IMG/VR virus record: IMGVR_UViG_2545824708_000014
From: a virus
Taxonomy: Duplodnaviria; Heunggongvirae; Uroviricota; Caudoviricetes
Length of the DNA stretch: 9,345 bases
Strand: one strand, 5' to 3'
Shown here: positions 1 to 9,027 of the stretch, piece by piece
Numbering within the stretch: the stretch's first letter is position 1
Layout: the number at the start of each line of letters is the position of its first letter
The notes under the pieces: model-generated
Database searches by the model: none
Told to the model about the DNA's origin: nothing
What the model saw: the letters and a program-made list of their open reading frames with translations, nothing else
Position numbers and translations under genes: made by a program

Positions 1-877
<877 letters not shown>

Positions 878-881
<4 letters not shown>

Positions 882-1384
882 CTGCGTCGTCGCTCCGGCT
901 TCAGTGATTTACGCAATTCCCGCGCCAGAAAATAGCGTGTCCAGCTGCGGTTCTTTTCAAGCGTTTCCACCATGAAGTTATTACGTGGAGCCAGTCGCCA
1001 GCCGCTGCCACCGGATGCACCACGATGATGGCTGCGACGACGCTTTGCCCCTCGCCTCACGCCATAGAACAAAAAAGCCGGATAAAAATCACCGGTGATA
1101 CGGCGGTTTCCCTCTCCATTACGCTGGTTAGGGGCTATACGTGCCATAAAACCAGGGCGATGTTTACTGGCTCTGGGTACCATGTAACCAATCGAACGTG
1201 CCAGGCGTCCGGTCTGATAACCGGGGTTTTCACCCGGTGCCGACCGCGCACGGCGCATCACCAGCCGACGGGCATCACGCATATGACGCTGACCAATCGT
1301 GACAAACGCCCGCCGGACACGGGCGCGGTTAAAGCGCATCTCCGCGGGCTGCTGAAAATCAACGTGCAAAAAGGAAGTCGTCAT
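878..1384 (-). CDS. HK97 gp10-family phage protein (neck / tail-completion-like)
   Basis: 168 aa, arginine-rich, with motifs TGRLARSIGYMV and FYPAFLFYGV resembling the GxLRxSI and YAxFxEYG signatures of the HK97 gp10 family. RBS GGAGG sits 5 nt before ATG 1384. Confidence 0.7.
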
Positions 1385-1769
1385 TGTTGCCTCCGTGACT
1401 CTGCCTACATTCGCCCAGCTCCGTACACTCCAGCAGCAGAAAGCGCCGCGCCCCGTTCAGATCGCGCTGACGTTTCACCCGGTACACACTGTCACCGCAG
1501 ACCACCTCATAATCAGCGGTGATCCCCCGGCGGTAACGAATGGTGATGTAATGGGTGATGGCGTCCCCGGTCTGCGCGGTTTCCTGCCAGGTGGTGGCAC
1601 TGGTCTGGACAACCTTCGCCCATGTCCGGAACGCAACCGGGTATTGAGGCTCCACGCCAAAGTTATCCGCGGGCATATCCACCCGCTGGCGGATCAGGAC
1701 GCGTTTATTCAGTTCACCAGGGTCCGGCAGAATGTAGGTTGCGCTGGTCTGCGCCTGACGAATTTTCAT
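1359..1769 (-). CDS. Phage head-closure / head-tail joining protein
   Basis: 136 aa. Start overlaps the gp6-like gene's stop (ATGA at 1766..1769). It lies between the gp6-like connector and the gp10-like gene, the canonical position for this protein. Its 3' end overlaps the next gene by 26 nt. Confidence 0.65.
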   Translation of the reverse strand: MKIRQAQTSATYILPDPGELNKRVLIRQRVDMPADNFGVEPQYPVAFRTWAKVVQTSATTWQETAQTGDAITHYITIRYRRGITADYEVVCGDSVYRVKRQRDLNGARRFLLLECTELGECRQSHGGNNDDFLFAR

Positions 1770-2089
1770 TGCGGGAAATACCTGTACGGGCCGACAAGCC
1801 AGTTAAAGCTCATTGGCAACTCCATTTTCTCAACGTCTGTAACCGACGAGCGATTTTCGTAAAAATGGCTGATAAGCATCAGCATCCCCAGACGAATATC
1901 ATCCGGCAGGTGCAGCCCGTCCGGATCGCTGTCCGGAATGGTTTCATCCGGTGCATAGAGCTTCCGGTTCAGATACGTTTCCGTCCGCTTTTGCGCCGCA
2001 CAGGCCAGCAGTTGCAGATGGCGGTCATCAGCATCGAAATCCTCATCCAGCCGGAGTTGGGCTTTAATCTCTTCCATTGTCAGAAGCAT
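1766..2089 (-). CDS. Phage gp6-like head-tail connector (adaptor) protein
   Basis: 107 aa. The N-terminus MLLTMEEIKAQLRLDEDFDADD is typical of gp6-like connector proteins (MxLxEVKxHLRID...). It is the first gene after the capsid block. Confidence 0.75.
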   Translation of the reverse strand: MLLTMEEIKAQLRLDEDFDADDRHLQLLACAAQKRTETYLNRKLYAPDETIPDSDPDGLHLPDDIRLGMLMLISHFYENRSSVTDVEKMELPMSFNWLVGPYRYFPQ

Positions 2090-2091
2090 AC

Positions 2092-2292
2092 TCAGCCCTC
2101 TTTACTGGTCGTGGCTTTTTTCTCTTTTGCTGCTTTACTGCTTTTTGTACTGGTTCCGCGCTCTGCTAACCCGGCCTGAAGTGCAATCTCCTGCACCCGG
2201 GCAGGAAGCGCCCCGTCGTCATACTCACCGGCCCGAATGACCTCAACACGCATACCGTCCGGTGACCATTTCAGATCTTGTTTCAGGATCAT
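2092..2292 (-). CDS. Small hypothetical protein with a Lys/Ser/Thr-rich C-terminal tail, between the capsid and connector genes
   Basis: 66-aa ORF packed tightly between the capsid hairpin and the gp6-like gene, with ATG at 2290..2292. No recognisable motif. Could be a small capsid-associated or decoration-like protein. Confidence 0.45.
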   Translation of the reverse strand: MILKQDLKWSPDGMRVEVIRAGEYDDGALPARVQEIALQAGLAERGTSTKSSKAAKEKKATTSKEG

Positions 2293-2312
2293 GATTCTTC
2301 ACCCGTCAGAAC

Positions 2313-2334
2313 AGGGGCGCGGTTCCGCGCCCCT
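2313..2334 (-). other. Perfect GC-rich hairpin immediately downstream of the major capsid gene
   Basis: AGGGGCGCGG (2313..2322) and CCGCGCCCCT (2325..2334) are exact reverse complements, read directly from the sequence. It lies 7 nt past the capsid stop. No U-tract follows on the coding strand, so it is not a classic intrinsic terminator. Confidence 0.45.
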
Positions 2335-2340
2335 GAGTGA

Positions 2341-3546
2341 TTACGCCGCTGCAATCTTCAGCAGTTTGATGGCCTGCGAATCGACCAGCATCCCGCCGGT
2401 GCGCTTGGTGGTATAAAAACCGACAAACGGTTTATTGGTGTACGGGTCACGCAGAATGCGGGTGCCGATACGGTCAACGATGGTGTAACCCCGTTTGAAG
2501 TTACCAAATGCAATGGCTTTCGCATCAGCGGCGATATCCGGCATCTGTTCGTTTTCAGCGATACCGTAACCCGCCAGAGAGGACGGCTGCCCCAGTTCCA
2601 GCCCCGGACGCCACAGATAGTTACCCTCGGTGTCTTTCAGCAGACGGATGGCAAACAGGCTGTTGTTGTTCATCATGAACTTCGCGCCGGTGCGGTGTGC
2701 CTTACGCAGCGTGTAAATCAGTTTGATAATGGCGTCTGCGGTCACCGCCGTCGCTTCGCCGGATACAATATGCTGAAGTTTGCCGAACGCCCGGACCTTA
2801 TCGGTTTCATCCGTGGATTCATACGCCAGGAACCCTTTCGGCTTCTTGGTACCATCGCCGGTGGTAAAGGCAATTTCTTCCTGTTCGGCAAATTCGGTTG
2901 CCAGCTCGCTGTTGATCCAGGCCTCCACGTTGAAAAAGGCATCATCCAGCATTTTCTGGGTGGCCTGCGGGTTACCGTAGATTTCCCCCATGAAAGGTTC
3001 AATCAGTCCCAGTCTGGAGGTGGCAGTCTGGGAGCGCGCGTCAGTCTCGCCAACCCATCCGGAAGCCGTGCCGCCCAGATTCACCAGTTTTTTGTAGTCG
3101 GAACCGCCAACGGTGATCACCGCGGCTTCCTGGCGCATCACCACTTCATCTTTCAGCAGGGTCAGAATGTTGCGATCCAGCGCTTCCGGCACGGCATAGC
3201 CACCGTCTTCATCGGTGCCCACCTGTAATGCCTTGCGCTCCAGATCACGCAGACCATCTTCACGGCCTTTACGCAGGAAGCCCACAAACGCTTCTTTATG
3301 CTCGGTGGCCAGTTGATTCTGCGCACCACCTGCCGGACGTTTCAGCTCAATCAGCTCTTTTTCAAGGTCGCTTTTGAGATTTTCCAGCTCGCTGAGTTTC
3401 CCGTTCAGGGTTTCCACCTGCCCGGCAAGTTTGCCTTTTTCCTGCTCAATCGCATCCACGCGCTTGTCGTTCTTTGCCTTGAAGTCGTCAAACTTCTGCT
3501 GCAGCTCCTGCGCGACCTGTTCGACATCTTTAATATCAACCGCCAT
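2341..3546 (-). CDS. HK97-family major capsid protein with N-terminal coiled-coil delta (scaffolding) domain
   Basis: 401 aa. The N-terminal ~100 residues are heptad-like and charged (delta domain); the C-terminal region is HK97-fold-like (...GYGIAENEQMPD...FVGFYTTKRTGGMLVD...). RBS AGGAGA lies 6 nt before the ATG. It follows the prohead protease directly. Confidence 0.9.
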   Translation of the reverse strand: MAVDIKDVEQVAQELQQKFDDFKAKNDKRVDAIEQEKGKLAGQVETLNGKLSELENLKSDLEKELIELKRPAGGAQNQLATEHKEAFVGFLRKGREDGLRDLERKALQVGTDEDGGYAVPEALDRNILTLLKDEVVMRQEAAVITVGGSDYKKLVNLGGTASGWVGETDARSQTATSRLGLIEPFMGEIYGNPQATQKMLDDAFFNVEAWINSELATEFAEQEEIAFTTGDGTKKPKGFLAYESTDETDKVRAFGKLQHIVSGEATAVTADAIIKLIYTLRKAHRTGAKFMMNNNSLFAIRLLKDTEGNYLWRPGLELGQPSSLAGYGIAENEQMPDIAADAKAIAFGNFKRGYTIVDRIGTRILRDPYTNKPFVGFYTTKRTGGMLVDSQAIKLLKIAAA

Positions 3547-3560
3547 CGTATTTCTCCTGA

Positions 3561-4211
3561 TTAGAAGTTCAGATTTTTCAGTGCATTCAGTGCAGAGCCC
3601 ACATCCTCAGCGTCGCGCAGGGACAGTGCGCCATAGCCCCCGGCCATGAATGCTTTGGCCTGGGTACGGGAGAGTCCGACATCACGCAGGACTCTTTCGA
3701 TTTTTTTCTGTTCAGGGATTTCCCCGCGGGCCAGCGCGTTCTTGACGTCGCTGATCCGCGCCTCGTCGTTAGACGGAAACGTCACCAGACTGACTTCCCA
3801 GAGGTCGATTTCTTTCAGCAAAAAGGCTTCTTTCGTCCGGTCGTATTCCCAGTCTTTCAGGACGTACCCAATAGAAAGGCCGGTTAACGAACCGGCCTTC
3901 ATGTGTGCATGTGCGCGTTTTGCCAGGGGATCATCATCAATGAGCAACCGCCCCCTGACGTAAAGCCCGACATCGTCTTCCTTCATTTCGGTGTAAACTC
4001 CGATGGGCTCATCCATGCGGTGCTGCCAGAGCAGCGCAGGTAACGCTTTTCTGTCACTCCACGCCCGCAGGGAAGCAGCAAATGCCCCGGACATCACCAC
4101 ATCATCGTGGCTGTCCTTTACACCAAAGACGGAGCCATACCCTTCAAACTCACCGGAGTCACTGACAGATTTCAGACTCAGCGGTACATCAAGACGTTGT
4201 TTCGTCTGCAT
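3561..4211 (-). CDS. HK97-family prohead maturation protease
   Basis: Motif EFEGYGSVFGVKDSHDDVV matches the conserved N-terminal signature of HK97-type prohead proteases. I chose ATG 4211 because AAGGA sits 8 nt upstream; the longer ORF from 4247 has a CCTCC context and no SD. It overlaps the portal 3' end, as is typical. Confidence 0.85.
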   Translation of the reverse strand: MQTKQRLDVPLSLKSVSDSGEFEGYGSVFGVKDSHDDVVMSGAFAASLRAWSDRKALPALLWQHRMDEPIGVYTEMKEDDVGLYVRGRLLIDDDPLAKRAHAHMKAGSLTGLSIGYVLKDWEYDRTKEAFLLKEIDLWEVSLVTFPSNDEARISDVKNALARGEIPEQKKIERVLRDVGLSRTQAKAFMAGGYGALSLRDAEDVGSALNALKNLNF

Positions 4212-5430
4212 TGGCGTTATCCTTCTGCTTACCGGCTTTACTGCCATCGGAGGGGTTCGTGGTCATGTTCATCGGTGTGAGATAGACATCACCACCGGGA
4301 CGCGGATTCATATCTTCGAGGTCGCGGCAGTCATTGGGAGAGTAAATTCCCCAGTTGATCCCGGTAGCGTAGGCTTCAAAACGGGACTTCATATCCCCGC
4401 GCAGTAAGGCCCCGGCGTTAAATTTGGCGTAATAAACGCCCTGCTTACTTTTTCGTACCAGTCCGGTGTTGATCCGCTGCTCAATGCGGGTCAGATACGG
4501 CACCAGTGAATAGTTGATAAATCCCAGCCCCAGCTCTTCGATATTGTTGAAGGTGGCGCGATCGGTGTTCTGCACCATGTGCAATGGCACCCGGAACAGA
4601 CGACAGATTTCTTCAAGCTGAAACTTGCGGGTTTCCAGGAACTGGCTGTCCTCGGCGTTCAGCGCCATCGACTTCCAGTCCAGCCCCATCTCAAGGATCA
4701 TCGGGCGGTGAGCATTGCCAAGCCCGGTGTGACGCTCCTCAAAATCTTTCTTCAGGCGCTCGTAAGCCTGATCTGACAGCGTCTGCTCTGTACGCAACAC
4801 ACCCGACGTCACCGCACCATTGCTGAACAGTCTGGCCCCGTGCTCTTCGGTCGCTGCCGCCAGCGATATTGCCTCGCGGGCATAGGCGATGGGATTCAGC
4901 CCCACCAGTCCGTCCAGCGTCAGCGTGCGCACATGCCAGATATCTTCCTGGCTCAGCACATCCGTGGAGCCGTCCGGGAATGTGACCTGATAGACCGGCT
5001 CCCAGCTACTGTTAAGCTTCGGTACCACACAGCCGGGATCGACGGGCAGCAGTTCAGCCACTTCGCCAAATGCTTTCACTTTGTAGGCGTAAAAGTTTCC
5101 CCGCAGGCACAGACAGGTGACCACCAGCTCCCAAAACTCCTGCGGCGTCATATAGCCATTGGGATGCGTGGAAATCAGCTTATGCAGACGTTCGCCGGTG
5201 GCTCTCTGTTTCAGGTTGCCGTTCAGGTGATACAGGTTGCAGGGCAACATCCCGACCGACTCTGCCAGCACCCTGACGCAGGAAAAAACCGCCGTCAGTC
5301 GCATGGCCCGCTGACTGCTGATCTGCTTTCCGGTATAGGTGTCGTAGGACAGCCCGATAGCGTCCGCCAGCTCTGCTGGCGTGGTCACCGGTGCGTCACT
5401 TTTCCGTTGAAATAATCCCGAAAAGAACAC
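4189..5430 (-). CDS. Phage portal protein, HK97 family
   Basis: 413 aa, in the canonical position between large terminase and protease. GTG start at 5428..5430 with GGAGG 6 nt upstream; it overlaps the stop of the preceding small ORF (TAGTG). Confidence 0.85.
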   Translation of the reverse strand: MFFSGLFQRKSDAPVTTPAELADAIGLSYDTYTGKQISSQRAMRLTAVFSCVRVLAESVGMLPCNLYHLNGNLKQRATGERLHKLISTHPNGYMTPQEFWELVVTCLCLRGNFYAYKVKAFGEVAELLPVDPGCVVPKLNSSWEPVYQVTFPDGSTDVLSQEDIWHVRTLTLDGLVGLNPIAYAREAISLAAATEEHGARLFSNGAVTSGVLRTEQTLSDQAYERLKKDFEERHTGLGNAHRPMILEMGLDWKSMALNAEDSQFLETRKFQLEEICRLFRVPLHMVQNTDRATFNNIEELGLGFINYSLVPYLTRIEQRINTGLVRKSKQGVYYAKFNAGALLRGDMKSRFEAYATGINWGIYSPNDCRDLEDMNPRPGGDVYLTPMNMTTNPSDGSKAGKQKDNANADETTS

Positions 5431-5612
5431 TATTTACCTCCGCCGACAGACGACTGTGTACGGTCGAGATATCGCGCCACCAGCCACGACCAGAACAGGC
5501 ACAGCGCCCCGGCAACAACAAAACCCGCCGGGGGATAAATCAGCCAGGCACCATACGCCAGCAAAAGCGCACCCAGCACGCCCACCAGAGGCGCTAAAAT
5601 CAGCATGATCAT
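5430..5612 (-). CDS. Small hydrophobic protein with two predicted transmembrane helices, embedded between terminase and portal
   Basis: 60 aa, [49 protein letters not shown]..., i.e. two hydrophobic stretches. RBS GAGGT sits 5 nt before ATG 5612, and its stop overlaps the portal start. Confidence 0.55.
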
Positions 5613-5623
5613 AATTACCTCAG

Positions 5624-7357
5624 TTAAAGCGAGCGGATCCCATAGGACTCAATGTGGTCAGACAGCGTGTCTTCTTTCTCGTACAGCATGGCTCTGCCAA
5701 CCGCCATAATCAGCGCAACTGCACCGTCAATTTTGTTTTCCGCCTGCTCTTTGACGGGCTTCACCACATCATCGTTACCCGGCATGTTTTTGCCGACCAC
5801 GTTGCCGATACACCAGGTCATGATGGGATTGCCGTCATGATGAAAACGTCCCGATTCAATCGCTGCTTCCAGCTCTTTCATCGGATCGGACATATTGGTG
5901 AAGTTCTGGACGATAGTGACGGGATTCAGGTCTTCATCAGCAAGGTCATGTGACAGCCCGGTCGCCCCGAAGGGGTCGATGGGTGACTCGCTGACCGGGC
6001 TGATTTTGTTCGCCGCTTTGGCCTCTTCGAGGATGTAGCGATAATCCACCTCTGCACCATCGGTAACGGTCAGGACGCCCATTTCCACCCATTTCTGAAA
6101 GCGTTCGGCTGTCCGGCGATCTTCATTTTTCTCGACGCTGTACACCGTGTCATACGGTACCCAGAAACGCGGGGCCACACTGTAGTAATGCGTTTTACCG
6201 TCAATCTCGCGGGTATAAAGTCGCGCCATGCTGTTCATATCCAGTTTACGCGCCAGGTCAAAGGCCAGAATGCACGGCTGCCCCTCGAATTGCTCAAGAG
6301 TCAGTGATTTATCCTCGCAGCTCTGCCAGCTCACCAGGTTGAAATACGCCGAACGCGCCGACACCCAGATATTGAGGTGTTTTGTTTTAAAGACGTTTGC
6401 TAGACGGGCGTTATTTTTCGCACGCTGTTGCTGACTTAACAAAAACTCACGGTAAACCGACACCCCGATATTCGGGTTGGCTTTTTCCAGCACCTGTGGG
6501 TTGGTCCAGTCGTCACCTTCGTCAACGGTATAGATGATCCCGAACAGTTCATCGTTGGGTACCGAACCGTTGAGCATCTCGATAACTTCCCGCCGTTTGT
6601 CGTAGCACGGCCCCTCAATGTTGTCCCCGGCAGTAGTAATGGCCCACATCAGTGGCTGACGTCGCGCCCCCATCCCGGTAAGCATCGTGGTGTAAAGCGC
6701 ATCGGTGGCGTGCTCGTGATATTCATCCACCACCGCATAGTGGGGTGATGATCCATCACCGGGGTTACCGATCAGCGGTTCAAACCGCGCGCCATCCTCC
6801 GGACGGTTCATGTTTGAGGCGTTAACCTCAATCCCGAACGCTTCCGTCAGCATGGGTGTGCGTTTACACATCAGTCGTGCCGGACGAAAGACTTCCCATG
6901 CCTGTTTCTCCGTCGTGGCACCGGAATACACTTCCGCGCCGAACTCGTTATCACAGGCAAAACAATACAGGGCAACACCGGCAGAGATTGCCGATTTGCC
7001 GTTCTTACGGGGGATTTCGGTATACACCTCCCGGAAGCGGCGCAGCCGGGAGCCTTTATTGACCCAGCCAAACGCGCAGCAGATCACAAAGAGCTGCCAC
7101 GGCTCCAGCGTGATGGGCATCCGTTTGAATGCCCACTCACCCTTGGTGTGCGGCAACAGCTGAATAAATTTCGCGGCCCGTTCAGCCTGGTCCTTGTCGA
7201 AGCGGTAACGAAACGACTTACTTTTTTCCGCCATCAGGTCATCAAGATGGCGCTGGCAGGCCTGAATCACAAACTGGCAGGCCACAATCTTTCCGCGCAC
7301 GACATCACGGGCATACTGATTGGCAGCATTTACGTTGGGGTAAGATTTCCGGCTCAT
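5624..7357 (-). CDS. Phage terminase large subunit (Terminase_1-type ATPase/nuclease)
   Basis: 577 aa. Walker A-like PRKNGKS near the N-terminal third. ATG overlaps the small terminase stop (ATGA at 7354..7357). Length and position are typical for TerL. Confidence 0.9.
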
Positions 7358-7848
7358 GATTCGATGATTTTCAGAAACGGGTTAGTGGCTTTCTTCTGCC
7401 CCGCCAGGCCAATCAGACGCTGGCGGCTGCTGGGGTCGAGTCCGAGCATTGCCCCCGTGCTGCTCATCTCGGACTCCTGTTCTTTCTTGGCGGTCAGCTC
7501 CGGATTTTTGACCATGCCACCCATTGCACCGGTGATGGTGTTGCCCTGTCTGGCAATATTTTTCACGGCACGTCGCCAGAACTCATAGGCCACGCACCAC
7601 CGCTCAAGTACCGCCAGGTCAGTCACGCACAGCAGGCCCTGACCGCAGAGTTCTTTGGTTGTCAGTTGCCACATGATCGTGGCGAGAGGGAGATCTTCTT
7701 CAGCGAACCACTCCGGTGGCTCAACACCTTTGATGGGCGTAAAAACAGGTTCATCTTTATTCAGGGCTCGCTTGCCGGGGTTTCCGGCCAGCGCCTTGCG
7801 CGCCGTTGGCTTGGGGCGACGCCCGGAACGCCCCGCCGTTCCAGCCAT
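7354..7848 (-). CDS. Phage terminase small subunit, P27 family
   Basis: The N-terminal motif ...[11 protein letters not shown]... is characteristic of P27-family TerS. I chose ATG 7846..7848 (AGGAG 8 nt upstream). The track's longer ORF begins at a GTG at 7857 that abuts the SD. Confidence 0.8.
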   Translation of the reverse strand: MAGTAGRSGRRPKPTARKALAGNPGKRALNKDEPVFTPIKGVEPPEWFAEEDLPLATIMWQLTTKELCGQGLLCVTDLAVLERWCVAYEFWRRAVKNIARQGNTITGAMGGMVKNPELTAKKEQESEMSSTGAMLGLDPSSRQRLIGLAGQKKATNPFLKIIES

Positions 7849-7898
7849 ATGCGGCACTCCTGGTTAAATTTCATTTTTCGCGGGTATAAAAAAACGAT

Positions 7899-7947
7899 GG
7901 GGCGGGCAGTCCGGAAGACGTCAGGCCGCAGGGATTTGACCCGCCCC
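7899..7947 (-). promoter_or_regulatory. GC-rich dyad GGGGCGGG-N33-CCCGCCCC in the HNH-TerS intergenic region; candidate cos-site region and/or terminator-like structure
   Basis: 8-bp perfect inverted repeat at 7899..7906 and 7940..7947, read directly. On the phage-sense strand it is followed after 4 nt by T7. It lies between the HNH endonuclease and terminase genes, where cos sites sit in HK97-like phages. Confidence 0.35.
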
Positions 7948-7973
7948 TCCCCTCAGGCAGTTGAGAATTATTA

Positions 7974-8324
7974 TCACTTCAACCGTTCACGGGCCGTCTT
8001 CGCCTTATGACACGGCCAGCACAGACTCTGCAGATTACAGTCGGCATCAGTGCCGCCATGCGCTTTAGGGATGATGTGGTCAACGGTTTTCGCCTCGCGC
8101 ACCACACCAGCACGCAGGCACAACTGGCACAGGCCTTTGTCACGCTTGAGCACACGTTCACGGATAACATCCCATTTCGAACCATAACCGCGCTGGTGTC
8201 GGGACTGGCCTGGCTTGTATTGCTTCCAGCCTTCGCTTTTGTGGCTTTCGCAATAGCCTGACGAGTCAGTGGTGGTATGGCGGCAGCCGCGAACGCGGCA
8301 GGCTTTTGGGGTTCGTGGGGGCAT
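7974..8324 (-). CDS. Phage-associated HNH endonuclease
   Basis: HNH motif ...VDHIIPKAHGGTDADCNLQSLCWPCHKAKT... plus an N-terminal Cys cluster CRVRGCRH...YCESH. I chose ATG 8324 because AAGAGGA sits 8 nt upstream; the track ORF extends 21 codons further to 8387 with no RBS. Confidence 0.85.
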   Translation of the reverse strand: MPPRTPKACRVRGCRHTTTDSSGYCESHKSEGWKQYKPGQSRHQRGYGSKWDVIRERVLKRDKGLCQLCLRAGVVREAKTVDHIIPKAHGGTDADCNLQSLCWPCHKAKTARERLK

Positions 8325-8474
8325 TGCATAATCCTCTTGGATGGTTCGCGTACGATACGTGGCACCCTTCTCAGAATCGAATCGCACTCCATTCCGGTTT
8401 TGCCATAAACGATCTTTTATGCTTCGCTGGATGTAGTTGATAGTTGTTGAAACTCAATGAACAGGAGTTCACAA

Positions 8475-8810
8475 ATGAATAGTTATGAATGGGCATGGCT
8501 TTTGAACAAAGATGACACCCTATACTTTTTCCCCGTAGGCCATTCTGTAGAAGGTAATTACAAAATTCACTTTGAGTTGAGCGGTAGTTGTAACCTTAGA
8601 GTCTCAGATGCTGAATTGCATGGTAAACCTGTACTGCTGTTCGAATACTTCGATGAAGATGATGACCGCCCTGCAATAATCGAAATATTAGAAACAACCA
8701 CTACAACTGTGGAGGCGATGATCGCACATCTGAATAGTATCGATAGTATTTACCATGAACCGATTTACAAAGCTGTTTACGAGTGGGCTGTAAAGTTTTT
8801 CTATCGATGA
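8475..8810 (+). CDS. Hypothetical acidic protein (111 aa) in an AT-rich islet; no family recognised
   Basis: Open frame with AGGAG 7 nt before ATG 8475; the track's upstream ATG at 8457 lacks an SD. Contains an acidic run EYFDEDDDRPAIIEILETTTTT. Base composition is clearly AT-richer than the phage block. Confidence 0.55.
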   Translation: MNSYEWAWLLNKDDTLYFFPVGHSVEGNYKIHFELSGSCNLRVSDAELHGKPVLLFEYFDEDDDRPAIIEILETTTTTVEAMIAHLNSIDSIYHEPIYKAVYEWAVKFFYR

Positions 8811-8910
8811 TACTTCGTTATCTTTCTGGCATTCACAATACCTTTACATATTAATGACATGCCAGCACAATACTGTCACTTACAACCGTTCGGATTACCT
8901 AGAGAAAAGT

Positions 8911-9027
8911 ATGATTCAGGATTTACTGATCGAAGCAATTAGTCACGATAGGATGCATAAAAAGTTAAATGAACTGAATGGCTACTTCTACAATCGCAAA
9001 CATGAAACACAAATACGTGATGAGTGA
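8911..9027 (+). CDS. Short ORF (38 codons), probably the 5' remnant of a gene interrupted by IS3; its stop codon TGA is the first three bases of the IS3 terminal repeat
   Basis: ATG at 8911 preceded by purine-rich AGAGAAAAG. The frame runs with no stop until TGA at 9025..9027, which is the start of TGATCTTACCC. Translation MIQDLLIEAISHDRMHKKLNELNGYFYNRKHETQIRDE. Confidence 0.3.
   Translation: MIQDLLIEAISHDRMHKKLNELNGYFYNRKHETQIRDE

Noticed and set aside
1025-5415. Multiple long plus-strand ORFs (1025..1522, 1395..1862, 1622..2179, 2695..3228, 4003..4407, 4840..5415 and others) across the phage block
   Set aside because: All are antisense to minus-strand genes that have clear phage structural motifs, coupled start/stop overlaps and SD sequences. 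Their products are low-complexity, Arg/Pro/Gly-rich, as expected from GC-rich antisense frames.
7857-7857. Longer TerS start at 7857 as given in the ORF track
   Set aside because: The codon there is GTG and directly abuts the AGGAG, with no spacer. The ATG at 7846..7848 has proper 8-nt spacing. The track appears to count GTG as a start, as also seen for the portal.
7979-8392. Alternative 137-aa minus-strand frame overlapping the HNH gene
   Set aside because: The other frame carries the HNH motif and Cys cluster. This one is Ala/Arg/Cys-rich with no motif and no RBS.
8388-8474. Search for a promoter driving the 111-aa gene
   Set aside because: Several weak -35/-10-like hexamers (TTGATA, TTGCCA, TTTTAT), but none with a convincing partner at correct spacing.
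8843-8871. Possible sigma70-like promoter (TTTACA, 17-bp spacer, CACAAT) upstream of the truncated ORF
   Set aside because: The -10 match is weak and AT-rich DNA yields such matches by chance. Not supportable without transcript-start data.
8855-8878. Inverted repeat TGACA-N14-TGTCA as a possible operator
   Set aside because: Only 5-bp arms with no flanking symmetry, so it is within chance expectation.
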